Shown piece by piece: positions 56,540-64,000 of a stretch of 64,000 nt of DNA; position 1 is the first letter of the stretch; every line of letters begins with the position of its first letter. Under the pieces are notes generated by a model. That model saw nothing but the letters and a program-made list of their open reading frames with translations. It searched no databases and was not told the origin of the DNA. The stretch is from an uncultured Candidatus Saccharibacteria bacterium (GTDB lineage: Bacteria > Patescibacteriota > Minisyncoccia > Phycocordibacterales > UBA9973): assembly GCA_964527235.1 (NCBI GenBank), contig CAZGNC010000002.1:82381-146380 (forward strand), read 5' to 3'. Position numbers and translations under genes: made by a program.

Positions 56540-57143
56540 AAATTTTCTCGAAGATCCTTGTGCTCCAAGGGGAGAGGTTGAATATCACAGCTAGGGTGAA
56601 AAGCGCTAGCGATATTTCTGTGCCTACAAATGAAAGCGGTATAGCGATGAGGGCGATGAATACTGGCACTAGCGTGCGTACAGTAGAGCCATGTATTTCT
56701 CGTGTGCTTATTTCAGGGTTCTTGATGTGTTCAGAATATAAAACGTAATTGCGCATAGAGAAAAGAGTAAGCCCTATAAGAACAATATGGAATCCAAATA
56801 TCGCCACAGCTAATTCATTATGGCTGAATTTTCCTAGAAGTGAGGCTGAGAAGGGAATAAGGGTGATGAATAAGAAGAATAAGGCATTGATATTTGAAAG
56901 TTTCGCGTCTACGTTTTTGGCATAAATCGAAATAAAGAAGTGGTGCGCTCTCCAGTAGGTGAAGAGTAGCGCAAACGAGAGAACATAACTCGCGAAGTGT
57001 GGGATCAGGCTTCTAAGTGCCATCCATAAATCCAAATTACTTAAAATGGATGCATCGGTTGGTACCTTTATTTCAAAAACTAAAATGGTCATAACGATGG
57101 CAAAGATGCCATCGGAGAGTTGATCTAATCTTGTGTGTGACAT
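56529..57143 (-). CDS. DUF1211/TMEM175-like membrane protein (putative K+ channel family)
   Basis: N-terminal RLDQLSDGIFAIVMTILVFEI matches the RxxxFSDGxxAIxxTLLV signature; about 6 TM. Confidence 0.7.
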   Translation of the reverse strand: MSHTRLDQLSDGIFAIVMTILVFEIKVPTDASILSNLDLWMALRSLIPHFASYVLSFALLFTYWRAHHFFISIYAKNVDAKLSNINALFFLFITLIPFSASLLGKFSHNELAVAIFGFHIVLIGLTLFSMRNYVLYSEHIKNPEISTREIHGSTVRTLVPVFIALIAIPLSFVGTEISLALFTLAVIFNLSPWSTRIFEKIFKF

Positions 57144-57155
57144 ATCACAAATATA

Positions 57156-57953
57156 TCACAAATCAATTTCTATAGAAACAGGGCAGTGGTCGCTCCCTAA
57201 GACTTCGGGTAGGATTTTCGCACTTTTTATTTTCTTTTCTAGTTTTTTACTTGTGAATATATAGTCTATCCTCCAGCCGACGTTCCTGGCGCGAGCGTTG
57301 GCAAAATGGCTCCACCAGCTGTAGTGGCCTGGGCCTTTAGTAAATATTCTGAATGTATCTACAAATCCAGCATCTATGAAGTTCTGCAATCCCTCGCGCT
57401 CTTCATCTGTGAAGCCCTTGTTGCCCACATTTTCCTTAGGTCGGGCTAGATCGTCTGGCGTATGAGCGACGTTGAGATCCCCGCAGAATATCACGGGTTT
57501 ATTTTTCTCTAATTCCTTCATGTATTCAAGAAATGCAGGATCCCATTTCTTGTGTCGAAGTGGTATGCGAGATAGGTCGTCTTTGGCGTTTGGAGTGTAG
57601 ACGCTGACTACATAGAAACTTTTAAATTCAGCAACAACTATTCGGCCCTCCTTGGTGACATCACCGTATTTGTCTTTATTTAAATTATATTTCTTAGATA
57701 TTTTTTCTGGCCAGCCGAGAGCAATAGAGAGAGGCTTCTCTTTAGTGAATATCGCGGTGCCACTGTAGCCTTTCTTCTCTGCAGAATTCCAATACTCTTC
57801 GTACTGGGGTAGGTCCATTTCGTTCTGGTTTTGTTCTGCTTTAGTTTCTTGAAGGCACAGGATATCAGGATTGTGCTCTTTAATGAAGGGGAGGAATAGC
57901 CCCTTTTTGTGTACTGCTCTGATGCCGTTGACGTTCCATGAAATTATTTTCAT
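57156..57953 (-). CDS. xth: Exodeoxyribonuclease III (AP endonuclease, Xth/APE1 family)
   Basis: MKIISWNVNGIRA N-terminus, ...LCLQETK..., and a C-terminal SDHCPV motif. Confidence 0.9.
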   Translation of the reverse strand: MKIISWNVNGIRAVHKKGLFLPFIKEHNPDILCLQETKAEQNQNEMDLPQYEEYWNSAEKKGYSGTAIFTKEKPLSIALGWPEKISKKYNLNKDKYGDVTKEGRIVVAEFKSFYVVSVYTPNAKDDLSRIPLRHKKWDPAFLEYMKELEKNKPVIFCGDLNVAHTPDDLARPKENVGNKGFTDEEREGLQNFIDAGFVDTFRIFTKGPGHYSWWSHFANARARNVGWRIDYIFTSKKLEKKIKSAKILPEVLGSDHCPVSIEIDL

Positions 57954-57959
57954 ATTGTT

Positions 57960-58937
57960 TTATTTTTTACTATGAAACTTCTTATGTATTTCTTTTAAAT
58001 GTTTATCTGTGACGTGGGTGTATATTTGCGTAGTGATAATGCTCGAATGGCCTAGTAGTGATTGCACAGATCGTATGTCTGCGCCGTTTGAGAGTAGGTC
58101 AGTGGCGAAGCAGTGTCGTATAACGTGCGGAGTTACTTTCTTGGCGATGCCCGCCTTAGTTGCGTAGAACTTTACTATTCGTTCTATCGAACGTCGGTCG
58201 AGGTTGCCGTATTCTTTACCTTTGTGTTTTTTCTTGTCATCACTTCCACTTTTTTTGTTTTTAGTTTTACTTAGTTCTGCGGGCTCGATACTTACGAAGA
58301 GCCCTTCTTCCATATCTTTGCGAGCATCTAGATATCTTTTCAGTGCAGATCTGGCTCGGTCAGAGATGAACACTACTCTTATTTTTCCACCCTTACCACG
58401 TACTGAGAGTTCTTCGGAGTTTGAGTTTAGGTTGCGCGATAGGGAACATAGCTCTCCCACGCGGAGCCCAGTAGAAAATAGTACTTCAAGTATGGCTTTG
58501 TCTCGCAATTCTTTTATGTCACTTCCTGATGGTGCAGCCAGAAGTCGCTCTAGTTCTTCGGCTGTTATAAGGTCTAGGTGTCTTTCATTTAGCTTTGCTA
58601 GTTCTATCTTGTCAGAGTTCATCGAGGTTATGTCTCTCTTGGCTAGATACTTAAGGAACATCCTCAGTGCAGTCATATAGTAGTTCTGAGTTCGTTTTGA
58701 AATTGTTTCGCGAATGTCTTTGTTGCGACCGGTGGGTTGGTTGTTGAGCCAAAGACGAAACTCTCTCACAGAGTCGAGGTTGATCTTGTCGGGACTCTTT
58801 ATCCCTTTTTTCTTTTCTATAAAATCCAAGTACTTACCGAGATAGAAGTCGTAGTTCTCGATAGTGCGTAACGCCGCCCCGCGCTCTATCTCTAAGTATT
58901 CTAAGAATTGCGTTTTAAGTTCTTTGAGTGTTGCCAC
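57960..58937 (-). CDS. Tyrosine site-specific recombinase, XerC/XerD-like, with a Lys-rich insertion
   Basis: Catalytic R...HxxR...Y region (HVIRHCFATDLL...GHSSIITTQIYTHV) and an N-terminal core-binding domain. There is an extra KNKKSGSDDKKKHKGKEYGN insert. Confidence 0.85.
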   Translation of the reverse strand: MATLKELKTQFLEYLEIERGAALRTIENYDFYLGKYLDFIEKKKGIKSPDKINLDSVREFRLWLNNQPTGRNKDIRETISKRTQNYYMTALRMFLKYLAKRDITSMNSDKIELAKLNERHLDLITAEELERLLAAPSGSDIKELRDKAILEVLFSTGLRVGELCSLSRNLNSNSEELSVRGKGGKIRVVFISDRARSALKRYLDARKDMEEGLFVSIEPAELSKTKNKKSGSDDKKKHKGKEYGNLDRRSIERIVKFYATKAGIAKKVTPHVIRHCFATDLLSNGADIRSVQSLLGHSSIITTQIYTHVTDKHLKEIHKKFHSKK

Positions 58938-59065
58938 CCCAATATTCTAGCATTTTATTGTCTGGGACATTGTGCGACATGGGTTGACTTTTGGGTGTTT
59001 TTATGTTTAATATATAGTAGGTTTGTAGTTCGTCTCAGGTTCACCCTTTAGAAGGAAAAGGTCCC

Positions 59066-59398
59066 ATGAACAGTGTCATTGCGCGTCGCCAGGGAATCCT
59101 TGTCCGGGCGGTCATCGTCATTCTTGCTCTTGCAAGCGTGGCGATCACAACCTCTCGCTCGCCGGTCAGGGCCTCAGTGAGGGGTGAAATCCCCGCTGAC
59201 GGGGAAACGTGGATCAAGGTGGATTCGGGTCGGCACGTGTTGGTGCCGAGCGAGGACATGATGTCGCTCACTCGCTTCCAGATCGACTCGATCTTGTGCA
59301 AGTGGGAGCCGGAGAATGCTCCGGCGGTGTATTGCAACCCTGCTGATCGCAAGGTGTTCACGCCGGACAGCGTCCGGCGGATGGTCGGGACGAAGTAG
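59066..59398 (+). CDS. GC-rich small secreted or membrane-anchored hypothetical protein (110 aa)
   Basis: The ORF has a good Shine-Dalgarno (aggaaaagg) and an N-terminal hydrophobic segment. GC is roughly 60% in an approximately 37% GC genome. Confidence 0.45.
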   Translation: MNSVIARRQGILVRAVIVILALASVAITTSRSPVRASVRGEIPADGETWIKVDSGRHVLVPSEDMMSLTRFQIDSILCKWEPENAPAVYCNPADRKVFTPDSVRRMVGTK

Positions 59399-59416
59399 TT
59401 TCGTCCCCAGTGTTAC

Positions 59417-59450
59417 CGGCCCCGCCCACAAGCGGGGCCGTATCTATTTC
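59417..59450 (+). terminator. Rho-independent terminator (CGGCCCCGC ccacaa GCGGGGCCG followed by a T-rich run)
   Basis: Perfect 9-bp GC stem followed by TATCTATTTCC. Confidence 0.6.
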
Positions 59451-59496
59451 CATAGACCCCCTTGCTTTTTTATAGGTTTTATGCTAGGATATACGT

Positions 59497-59760
59497 ATGT
59501 TAGCTACAAAGAAAAAACAGACAATTATTAAGAAACATCAGATTCACGAGAAAGATACTGGCTCCCCAGAGGTGCAGGTAGCTGTTTTGTCTACTCAAAT
59601 CGACGAATTAGCCAAGCATTTGAAGAAGCACAAGAAGGATAATCACTCCCGAAGAGGCCTAATCAAGATGGTTGCTGATCGCCGAACTCATTTGAAATAT
59701 TTAGAGCGCAAAAACAAGACTCGTTACGATGCTTTGGTCAAGAAAATGGACCTCGCGTAA
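59497..59760 (+). CDS. rpsO: 30S ribosomal protein S15
   Basis: ...GSPEVQVAVLSTQIDELAKHLKKHKKDNHSRRGLIKMVADRR... is the S15 signature; 87 aa. Confidence 0.9.
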   Translation: MLATKKKQTIIKKHQIHEKDTGSPEVQVAVLSTQIDELAKHLKKHKKDNHSRRGLIKMVADRRTHLKYLERKNKTRYDALVKKMDLA

Positions 59761-59786
59761 TATCTCCTCGGTGCTATAATTAAAAT

Positions 59787-60302
59787 ATGACAGTTATAAA
59801 ACATAAAGAACAGCGTGTCGGGGTTTTTATCGATACGCAAAATCTCTATCACAGTGCTCGCAATTTATATAAAGCTCGGGTTAATTTCGGTGCGGTATTA
59901 AAAGATGCAGTCGCGGGGCGCAAGCTCGTGCGTGCGGTGGCGTACGTCATCACTACCGAAGCGGGGGATGAGAAGAATTTCTTCGAAGCTCTAGAGAAGT
60001 TAGGTATCGAAACCAAGACTAAAGATTTACAAATTTTTGCTGGCGGATCCAAGAAAGCTGACTGGGACGTGGGTCTTGCAGTAGATGCTATCAAGATGTC
60101 TGCGCGACTAGACTCTGTAATAATTGTTTCTGGAGACGGGGACTTTATTCCTCTTGTTGAATACTTACAGACTATCGGTGTGCAGGTTGAGGTGGTTTCG
60201 TTTGGTAAATCAACTTCTGGGAAACTACGTGAAACTGTAGATGACTTCGTGGATCTTTCTGAGAATCCTCGCAAGTATCTCATGATGAGTGGTGGGAAAT
60301 AG
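59787..60302 (+). CDS. NYN/LabA-like (DUF88) domain protein
   Basis: VGVFIDTQNLYHSA...VIIVSGDGDFIPLVEYLQTIGVQVEVVSF matches the NYN-domain Asp pattern; 171 aa. Confidence 0.7.
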   Translation: MTVIKHKEQRVGVFIDTQNLYHSARNLYKARVNFGAVLKDAVAGRKLVRAVAYVITTEAGDEKNFFEALEKLGIETKTKDLQIFAGGSKKADWDVGLAVDAIKMSARLDSVIIVSGDGDFIPLVEYLQTIGVQVEVVSFGKSTSGKLRETVDDFVDLSENPRKYLMMSGGK

Positions 60303-60391
60303 GGCTTGACCTAACATAAGTTCGGGTGTAGTTTGAGCTTAGAGTTCTTACTCGTTTGTTACTGTGTTATTCCTCAACAGGAGTGTGTGCC

Positions 60392-60808
60392 ATGGAAATG
60401 CCTCGCGGTACGGCTGACAGGAAGGACAGGATCCATATCTTGTCGCAGATCTGCGATTCTGTTCTCCCATACGTCTGCCAGCAGCAAGCTGAGTACCACA
60501 ATATCTGGGCTGTTGTTGCGGAGAAGGTGCCTGGATTTGTTCTTCTGCTTGCTGCAGGCAATGTATGGTATGAGGTTGCTGACTTCGACGATCGGCGCCT
60601 GGCAGTATGTGACTGGAGCAGGTATTCGTACGAGAACATCTTGCTCAGCTTAGCAACTGCTGTTGGGCAAGCACTTGATTGCCCGATCGAGGATGCAACA
60701 GCTTCAGGCGGAATTCCGCCCGAAGCAGTCCGTTCAAGACTCCTGGCTGTGCAGGAAGTCCTAAATGGCATTGTCGCACAGGAACTTCGTGCGTCGGCTC
60801 TCAAGTAG
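60392..60808 (+). CDS. GC-rich hypothetical cytoplasmic protein (about 138 aa)
   Basis: ATG preceded by a strong Shine-Dalgarno (caggag). GC is roughly 55-60%. The overlapping alternative-frame ORFs are typical of GC-rich DNA and were discounted. Confidence 0.4.
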   Translation: MEMPRGTADRKDRIHILSQICDSVLPYVCQQQAEYHNIWAVVAEKVPGFVLLLAAGNVWYEVADFDDRRLAVCDWSRYSYENILLSLATAVGQALDCPIEDATASGGIPPEAVRSRLLAVQEVLNGIVAQELRASALK

Positions 60809-60832
60809 CCTGTTCCGACATCGTTCTGGATG

Positions 60833-60876
60833 GCGGGCGCCTCAATCGAGGCGCCCGCTTTTTGTTTGATTTTTCA
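60833..60876 (+). terminator. Rho-independent terminator (GCGGGCGCCTC aatc GAGGCGCCCGC followed by TTTTTGTTTGATTTTT)
   Basis: Perfect 11-bp GC stem plus a T-run. Confidence 0.65.
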
Positions 60877-60998
60877 CTTGAAAATGCTAATCTATACTAA
60901 GTAATTATTAGTTAATCAGTTCGCGTTCGGACACATAGTAATTGTTCTTGAAGTATAAGGAACAATACTGCAGTTCGAACACGAGCTCTAAGTAAATT

Positions 60999-63113
60999 AT
61001 GCAAAAAAAAGAATATAGTTTAGAGATCGGCGGTAAAACCCTAACGGCTATTTTTACCGATTTGGCAGAGCAGGCTCACGGTTCAGTGATGCTTAAGTAT
61101 GGCGAGACTATTGTCTTGGCTACAACTTGTATATCAAAAGACAAGCAAGAAGGTCTTGGCTTTTTTAATTTAACTGTAGACTATGTTGAGAGGTTTTATG
61201 CTGCGGGTAAGATTTCTGGATCGAAGTTTGTGAAGAGAGAAGGCAAACCCAGCGAAGACGCCATACTAGCTAGTCGTGTCATCGACCGCACACTACGCCC
61301 GTTATTTGATCAGTCTATTCGCCATGCGGTGCAGGTGATAGTGACGGTTATATCAGTAGATGATAACGACCCTACAATTCTCGCAGTTAATGCTGTATCC
61401 CTTGCACTAGCAGTATCGGACATTCCATGGAACGGCCCAGTAGGCGCAGTACGTATAGGTAGATACGATGATGAAACTCTTAAAGTAAATGCAGTTCAGG
61501 GTCTTCGTGAAGATGATGCGAAATATAAATTCGACCTTACTGTTTGCGGTAAGGATGGCAACATCAACATGATCGAGGCTTCGGCGCACCAGACTAGCGA
61601 GGATGAGCTTGAAAGTGCCCTTGCGCAAGCAGTAGAAGAAATCGCTAAGCTTGAGAATTTCCAGAAACAAATAGTCAAAGAAATCGGTAAAGTAAAAAGA
61701 GTTATCGAGAAAGAAGAAATAAATCCCGAGTCAGTCGAACTATTTAAAGAAAATATATTACCAAAGATGGAGCAGGCTATTTTCGCTGGTCCAGGAAAGA
61801 AGGAGATAGACGCACTGCACAGTGAATGGAACAAAATGGTGAAAGCCAAGTATCCAGACAGGAAAGATTTTGCTTTAGAAGACGCGCTTTTTGACGACAC
61901 TGAAAATGACATATTACACAAGAAGGCGATAGAGAGTGACAAGCGCGCCGACGGGCGAGCCATGGATGAGCTACGCGATCTCTATGCGCAAGCAGGAGGG
62001 CTATCGACCGTACTACATGGTTCTGGGATTTTCTATCGAGGAGGTACGCACGTTCTCTCTGTTCTAACTCTTGGAGGACCAGAAGATAAACACATGGTTG
62101 ACGGCATGCAGACAAAGTCTGAGAAAAGATTTATGCACCACTACAACTTCCCACCTTATTCAGCAGGTGAGGTTGGTCGTGCAGGATTTACCAATCGTCG
62201 TGAAGTTGGGCACGGAGCGCTGGCTGAGAAAGCATTGCTCATGGTTCTGCCTTCTCCGGTAGAGTTCCCATACACTATGCGTGTAGTTTCTGAATCAATG
62301 GCATCCAACGGTTCTACCTCACAGGCGTCTATCTGTGCAGGCACACTCGCGCTAATGGATGGTGGCGTACCTATCAAGGCACCTGTTGCTGGTATCGCGA
62401 TGGGGTTGATGTATGAGAGTGATAGTAAATATAAAATTCTTACTGACATTCAAGGCCCTGAAGATCATCACGGAGATATGGATTTCAAAGTTGCCGGCAC
62501 TCGCGAAGGCATCACCGCGATTCAGCTCGATGTGAAAGTCGATGGCGTGCCAGTTAAGATCCTAGGCGAAGCTATGCGTCAGTCAAAGAAAGCCCGCCTT
62601 TCTATAATCGACAGAATTGAGAAAGAAATAAGTGCCCCAAGAAAAGAAATTTCTACCAATGCGCCGAAGATATTGATGATGAGAATTAAGCCTGATCAGA
62701 TAGGGATGGTTATAGGTAGTGGTGGTAAGACAATCAAAGAAATAAAGGAAAACAGTGGTGCTGAAATCACTATCGAAGATGATGGTACTGTGTACTTCAC
62801 AGGTAAAGACGGCTCTGCTGAGAAAGCTAAGAAAATAGTAGAAGAAATGACTCATGAATTTAAAATTGGCGAAACTCTGAAAGGCGAAGTTGTGAAAATT
62901 GCCGACTTCGGAGCATTTGTGAAATTAAATTCTTGGACTGATGGCATGGTGCATATTTCAGAGATGGCGCCATTTCGCGTAGAGCGAGTTTCGGATATAA
63001 TAAAAGAAGGAATGATTGTGCCAGTGAAAGTTATCAAGATAGATACTGAACGTGGCAAACTAAGTTTGTCGATTAAAGAAGCAGATAAAGATTTCTTTAA
63101 GAAGCCTTTATAG
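60999..63113 (+). CDS. pnp: Polynucleotide phosphorylase (PNPase)
   Basis: Two RNase PH-like domains, a KH domain (GKVIGSGGKTIKEI) and an S1 domain (GETLKGEVVKIADFGAFVKL); 704 aa. Confidence 0.95.
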   Translation: MQKKEYSLEIGGKTLTAIFTDLAEQAHGSVMLKYGETIVLATTCISKDKQEGLGFFNLTVDYVERFYAAGKISGSKFVKREGKPSEDAILASRVIDRTLRPLFDQSIRHAVQVIVTVISVDDNDPTILAVNAVSLALAVSDIPWNGPVGAVRIGRYDDETLKVNAVQGLREDDAKYKFDLTVCGKDGNINMIEASAHQTSEDELESALAQAVEEIAKLENFQKQIVKEIGKVKRVIEKEEINPESVELFKENILPKMEQAIFAGPGKKEIDALHSEWNKMVKAKYPDRKDFALEDALFDDTENDILHKKAIESDKRADGRAMDELRDLYAQAGGLSTVLHGSGIFYRGGTHVLSVLTLGGPEDKHMVDGMQTKSEKRFMHHYNFPPYSAGEVGRAGFTNRREVGHGALAEKALLMVLPSPVEFPYTMRVVSESMASNGSTSQASICAGTLALMDGGVPIKAPVAGIAMGLMYESDSKYKILTDIQGPEDHHGDMDFKVAGTREGITAIQLDVKVDGVPVKILGEAMRQSKKARLSIIDRIEKEISAPRKEISTNAPKILMMRIKPDQIGMVIGSGGKTIKEIKENSGAEITIEDDGTVYFTGKDGSAEKAKKIVEEMTHEFKIGETLKGEVVKIADFGAFVKLNSWTDGMVHISEMAPFRVERVSDIIKEGMIVPVKVIKIDTERGKLSLSIKEADKDFFKKPL

Positions 63114-63125
63114 AGTTAGTTCAAA

Positions 63126-64000
63126 ATGGAAAATTTAGAGCCAACAACAGAGCCTATAAAAATACCAAAAGTGAAAACCTATGCCGATGATATGGTGGGG
63201 GTAATTCAGGATGGCGGGGAAGGTCTCGTGAAGAAGATAATGGAAGAGCAGGCGCAACAGGAACACATAAAAAGGACCATGACTGTTCAGTCTCGCAAGA
63301 ATGTCATGTATATGATATTGGCGATATTGATTGTCCTCTTGGCTATCGCTGGAGTTGTGGCTCTAGTTATTTATCAGAAAAATAATGAAACAGTCGAAGT
63401 TGCTCCTAGGGTGACGCCTGTTTTATTTACCGACAAGACAGAGCTCATCGAGATCGAAGGCTTTAGTAAACGCGACATATCAAGTAGTGTTAGGAATTTA
63501 GTTCGCAATACTACTTTAGAGCTTGGTAGAATACGAGATATATCTTTAACCGAGAACGGGCAAGCTGTTACGCTTGAGAGATTTTTGAAATTGACTGAAG
63601 GTAGTTTCCCCGTAGCTCGCACCGACCTTGTGCGCAACTTCTTTATCGGAGTCTTGGGTCGCGACGTTGGTGTCGAAGAAGCTAAGGGCGGAGAATTATT
63701 TTTCTTACTGAAAGTAATTTCCTTTAATGATGTTTTCGTTACGATGCGCTTCTGGGAGAAGAAGATGTTTGGAGATTTATATGATTTCTTCGGTATAGAT
63801 ATTACTCCTGAAAATAGCTACCTCCTTACTAAGGACTTCGAAGATGGCATTGTCGAGAATAAGAATGCTCGTGTTTTGTACGACAATAACCGCAATATTG
63901 TGTTTTCCTATGTGTTTATAGACGATAAAACCATTGTAATATCTACCTCTCCAGCCCCTGTGCGAGAAGTAATACTGCGTCTCACTTACGGTGAAGTACG
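63126..64000 (+). CDS. Hypothetical single-pass membrane protein, partial (continues beyond the window end)
   Basis: Open frame by hand translation from ATG 63126 with no stop to position 64000. TM helix YMILAILIVLLAIAGVVALVIY. Not in the ORF track because no stop lies in the window. Confidence 0.55.
   Translation, partial: MENLEPTTEPIKIPKVKTYADDMVGVIQDGGEGLVKKIMEEQAQQEHIKRTMTVQSRKNVMYMILAILIVLLAIAGVVALVIYQKNNETVEVAPRVTPVLFTDKTELIEIEGFSKRDISSSVRNLVRNTTLELGRIRDISLTENGQAVTLERFLKLTEGSFPVARTDLVRNFFIGVLGRDVGVEEAKGGELFFLLKVISFNDVFVTMRFWEKKMFGDLYDFFGIDITPENSYLLTKDFEDGIVENKNARVLYDNNRNIVFSYVFIDDKTIVISTSPAPVREVILRLTYGEV

Noticed and set aside
60333-60808. Overlapping ORFs 60333-60653 (+) and 60367-60804 (-) in the GC-rich block
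   Set aside because: GC-rich DNA yields long ORFs in several frames. Only the frame starting ATG 60392 has a canonical Shine-Dalgarno and is followed by the intrinsic terminator.
57960-60880. Integron interpretation (tyrosine recombinase as IntI with GC-rich ORFs as attC cassettes)
   Set aside because: The recombinase has XerC/D-type core-binding and catalytic regions, not the IntI-specific architecture. The hairpins are simple GC-stem plus T-run terminators lacking attC R''/L''/L'/R' core sites (RYYYAAC...GTTRRRY). Native rpsO and NYN genes lie between the two GC-rich ORFs.
63374-63637. 87-aa minus-strand ORF
   Set aside because: It lies antisense inside the open plus-strand frame (63126 to the window end), which encodes a plausible single-pass membrane protein.
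1-64000. Alternative genetic code (code 25/4, TGA sense) as in some Patescibacteria
   Set aside because: Long conserved genes (polA, pnp, dnaA, PBP, VirB4) are intact under the standard code and several terminate at TGA. No in-frame TGA needs reassignment.
1-64000. CRISPR array or cas genes
   Set aside because: No regularly spaced direct repeats of 24-48 bp were seen anywhere in the window. The only recurrent short repeat family is the 14-bp palindrome near cca and yraN, which lacks spacer periodicity.

Overview
This 64-kb window appears to come from a low-GC (roughly 35-40% by eye), small-genome bacterium that uses the standard genetic code: long ORFs terminate normally at TGA. The gene content and the many shortened proteins are consistent with a Patescibacteria/CPR-type episymbiont, but that placement is inference.

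The window contains the replication-origin neighbourhood: dnaA-dnaN plus a DciA/DUF721-like gene on the minus strand, and a divergent rpmH-rnpA-yidD-yidC-jag block on the plus strand. Recombination and repair genes include polA, ruvB, yebC, ruvC, pcrA, xth and a XerD-like recombinase. Cell-envelope genes include dapF, a class A PBP and a LysM-M23 hydrolase. A glycogen module with archaeal-flavoured enzymes is present: GT35 phosphorylase, GH57, glgA and a cupin-type PGI. I built four tRNAs by hand (Gly-TCC, Pro-TGG, Arg-TCG, Gly-GCC). The window also carries a sensor kinase with an orphan receiver, and the rpsO-pnp region.

The main accessory feature is a roughly 20-kb co-directional minus-strand gene array (38771 down to 18514). 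It encodes a type IV secretion-like apparatus with unusual architecture:
- a VirB4 ATPase split into two ORFs;
- a VirB3/PrgI-like protein;
- a polytopic VirB6-like protein;
- a TrbC/VirB2 pilin-like module fused to an M15 zinc peptidase;
- several very large secreted, Thr-rich or Ca-binding-like proteins.

Other notable signals:
- a family of 14-bp palindromes (GTTTC-N4-GAAAC) near yraN, with a pair inserted in-frame in the cca gene;
- a 20-bp inverted-repeat (MITE-like) element upstream of ruvB;
- perfect DnaA boxes with an extended shared 15-mer at two distant intergenic sites;
- GC-rich (about 55-60%) mini-islands, each a small ORF with its own GC-rich intrinsic terminator, beside the XerD-like gene and inserted into the rpsO-pnp region.

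All calls are from reading the sequence and ORF translations. No database searches were run.
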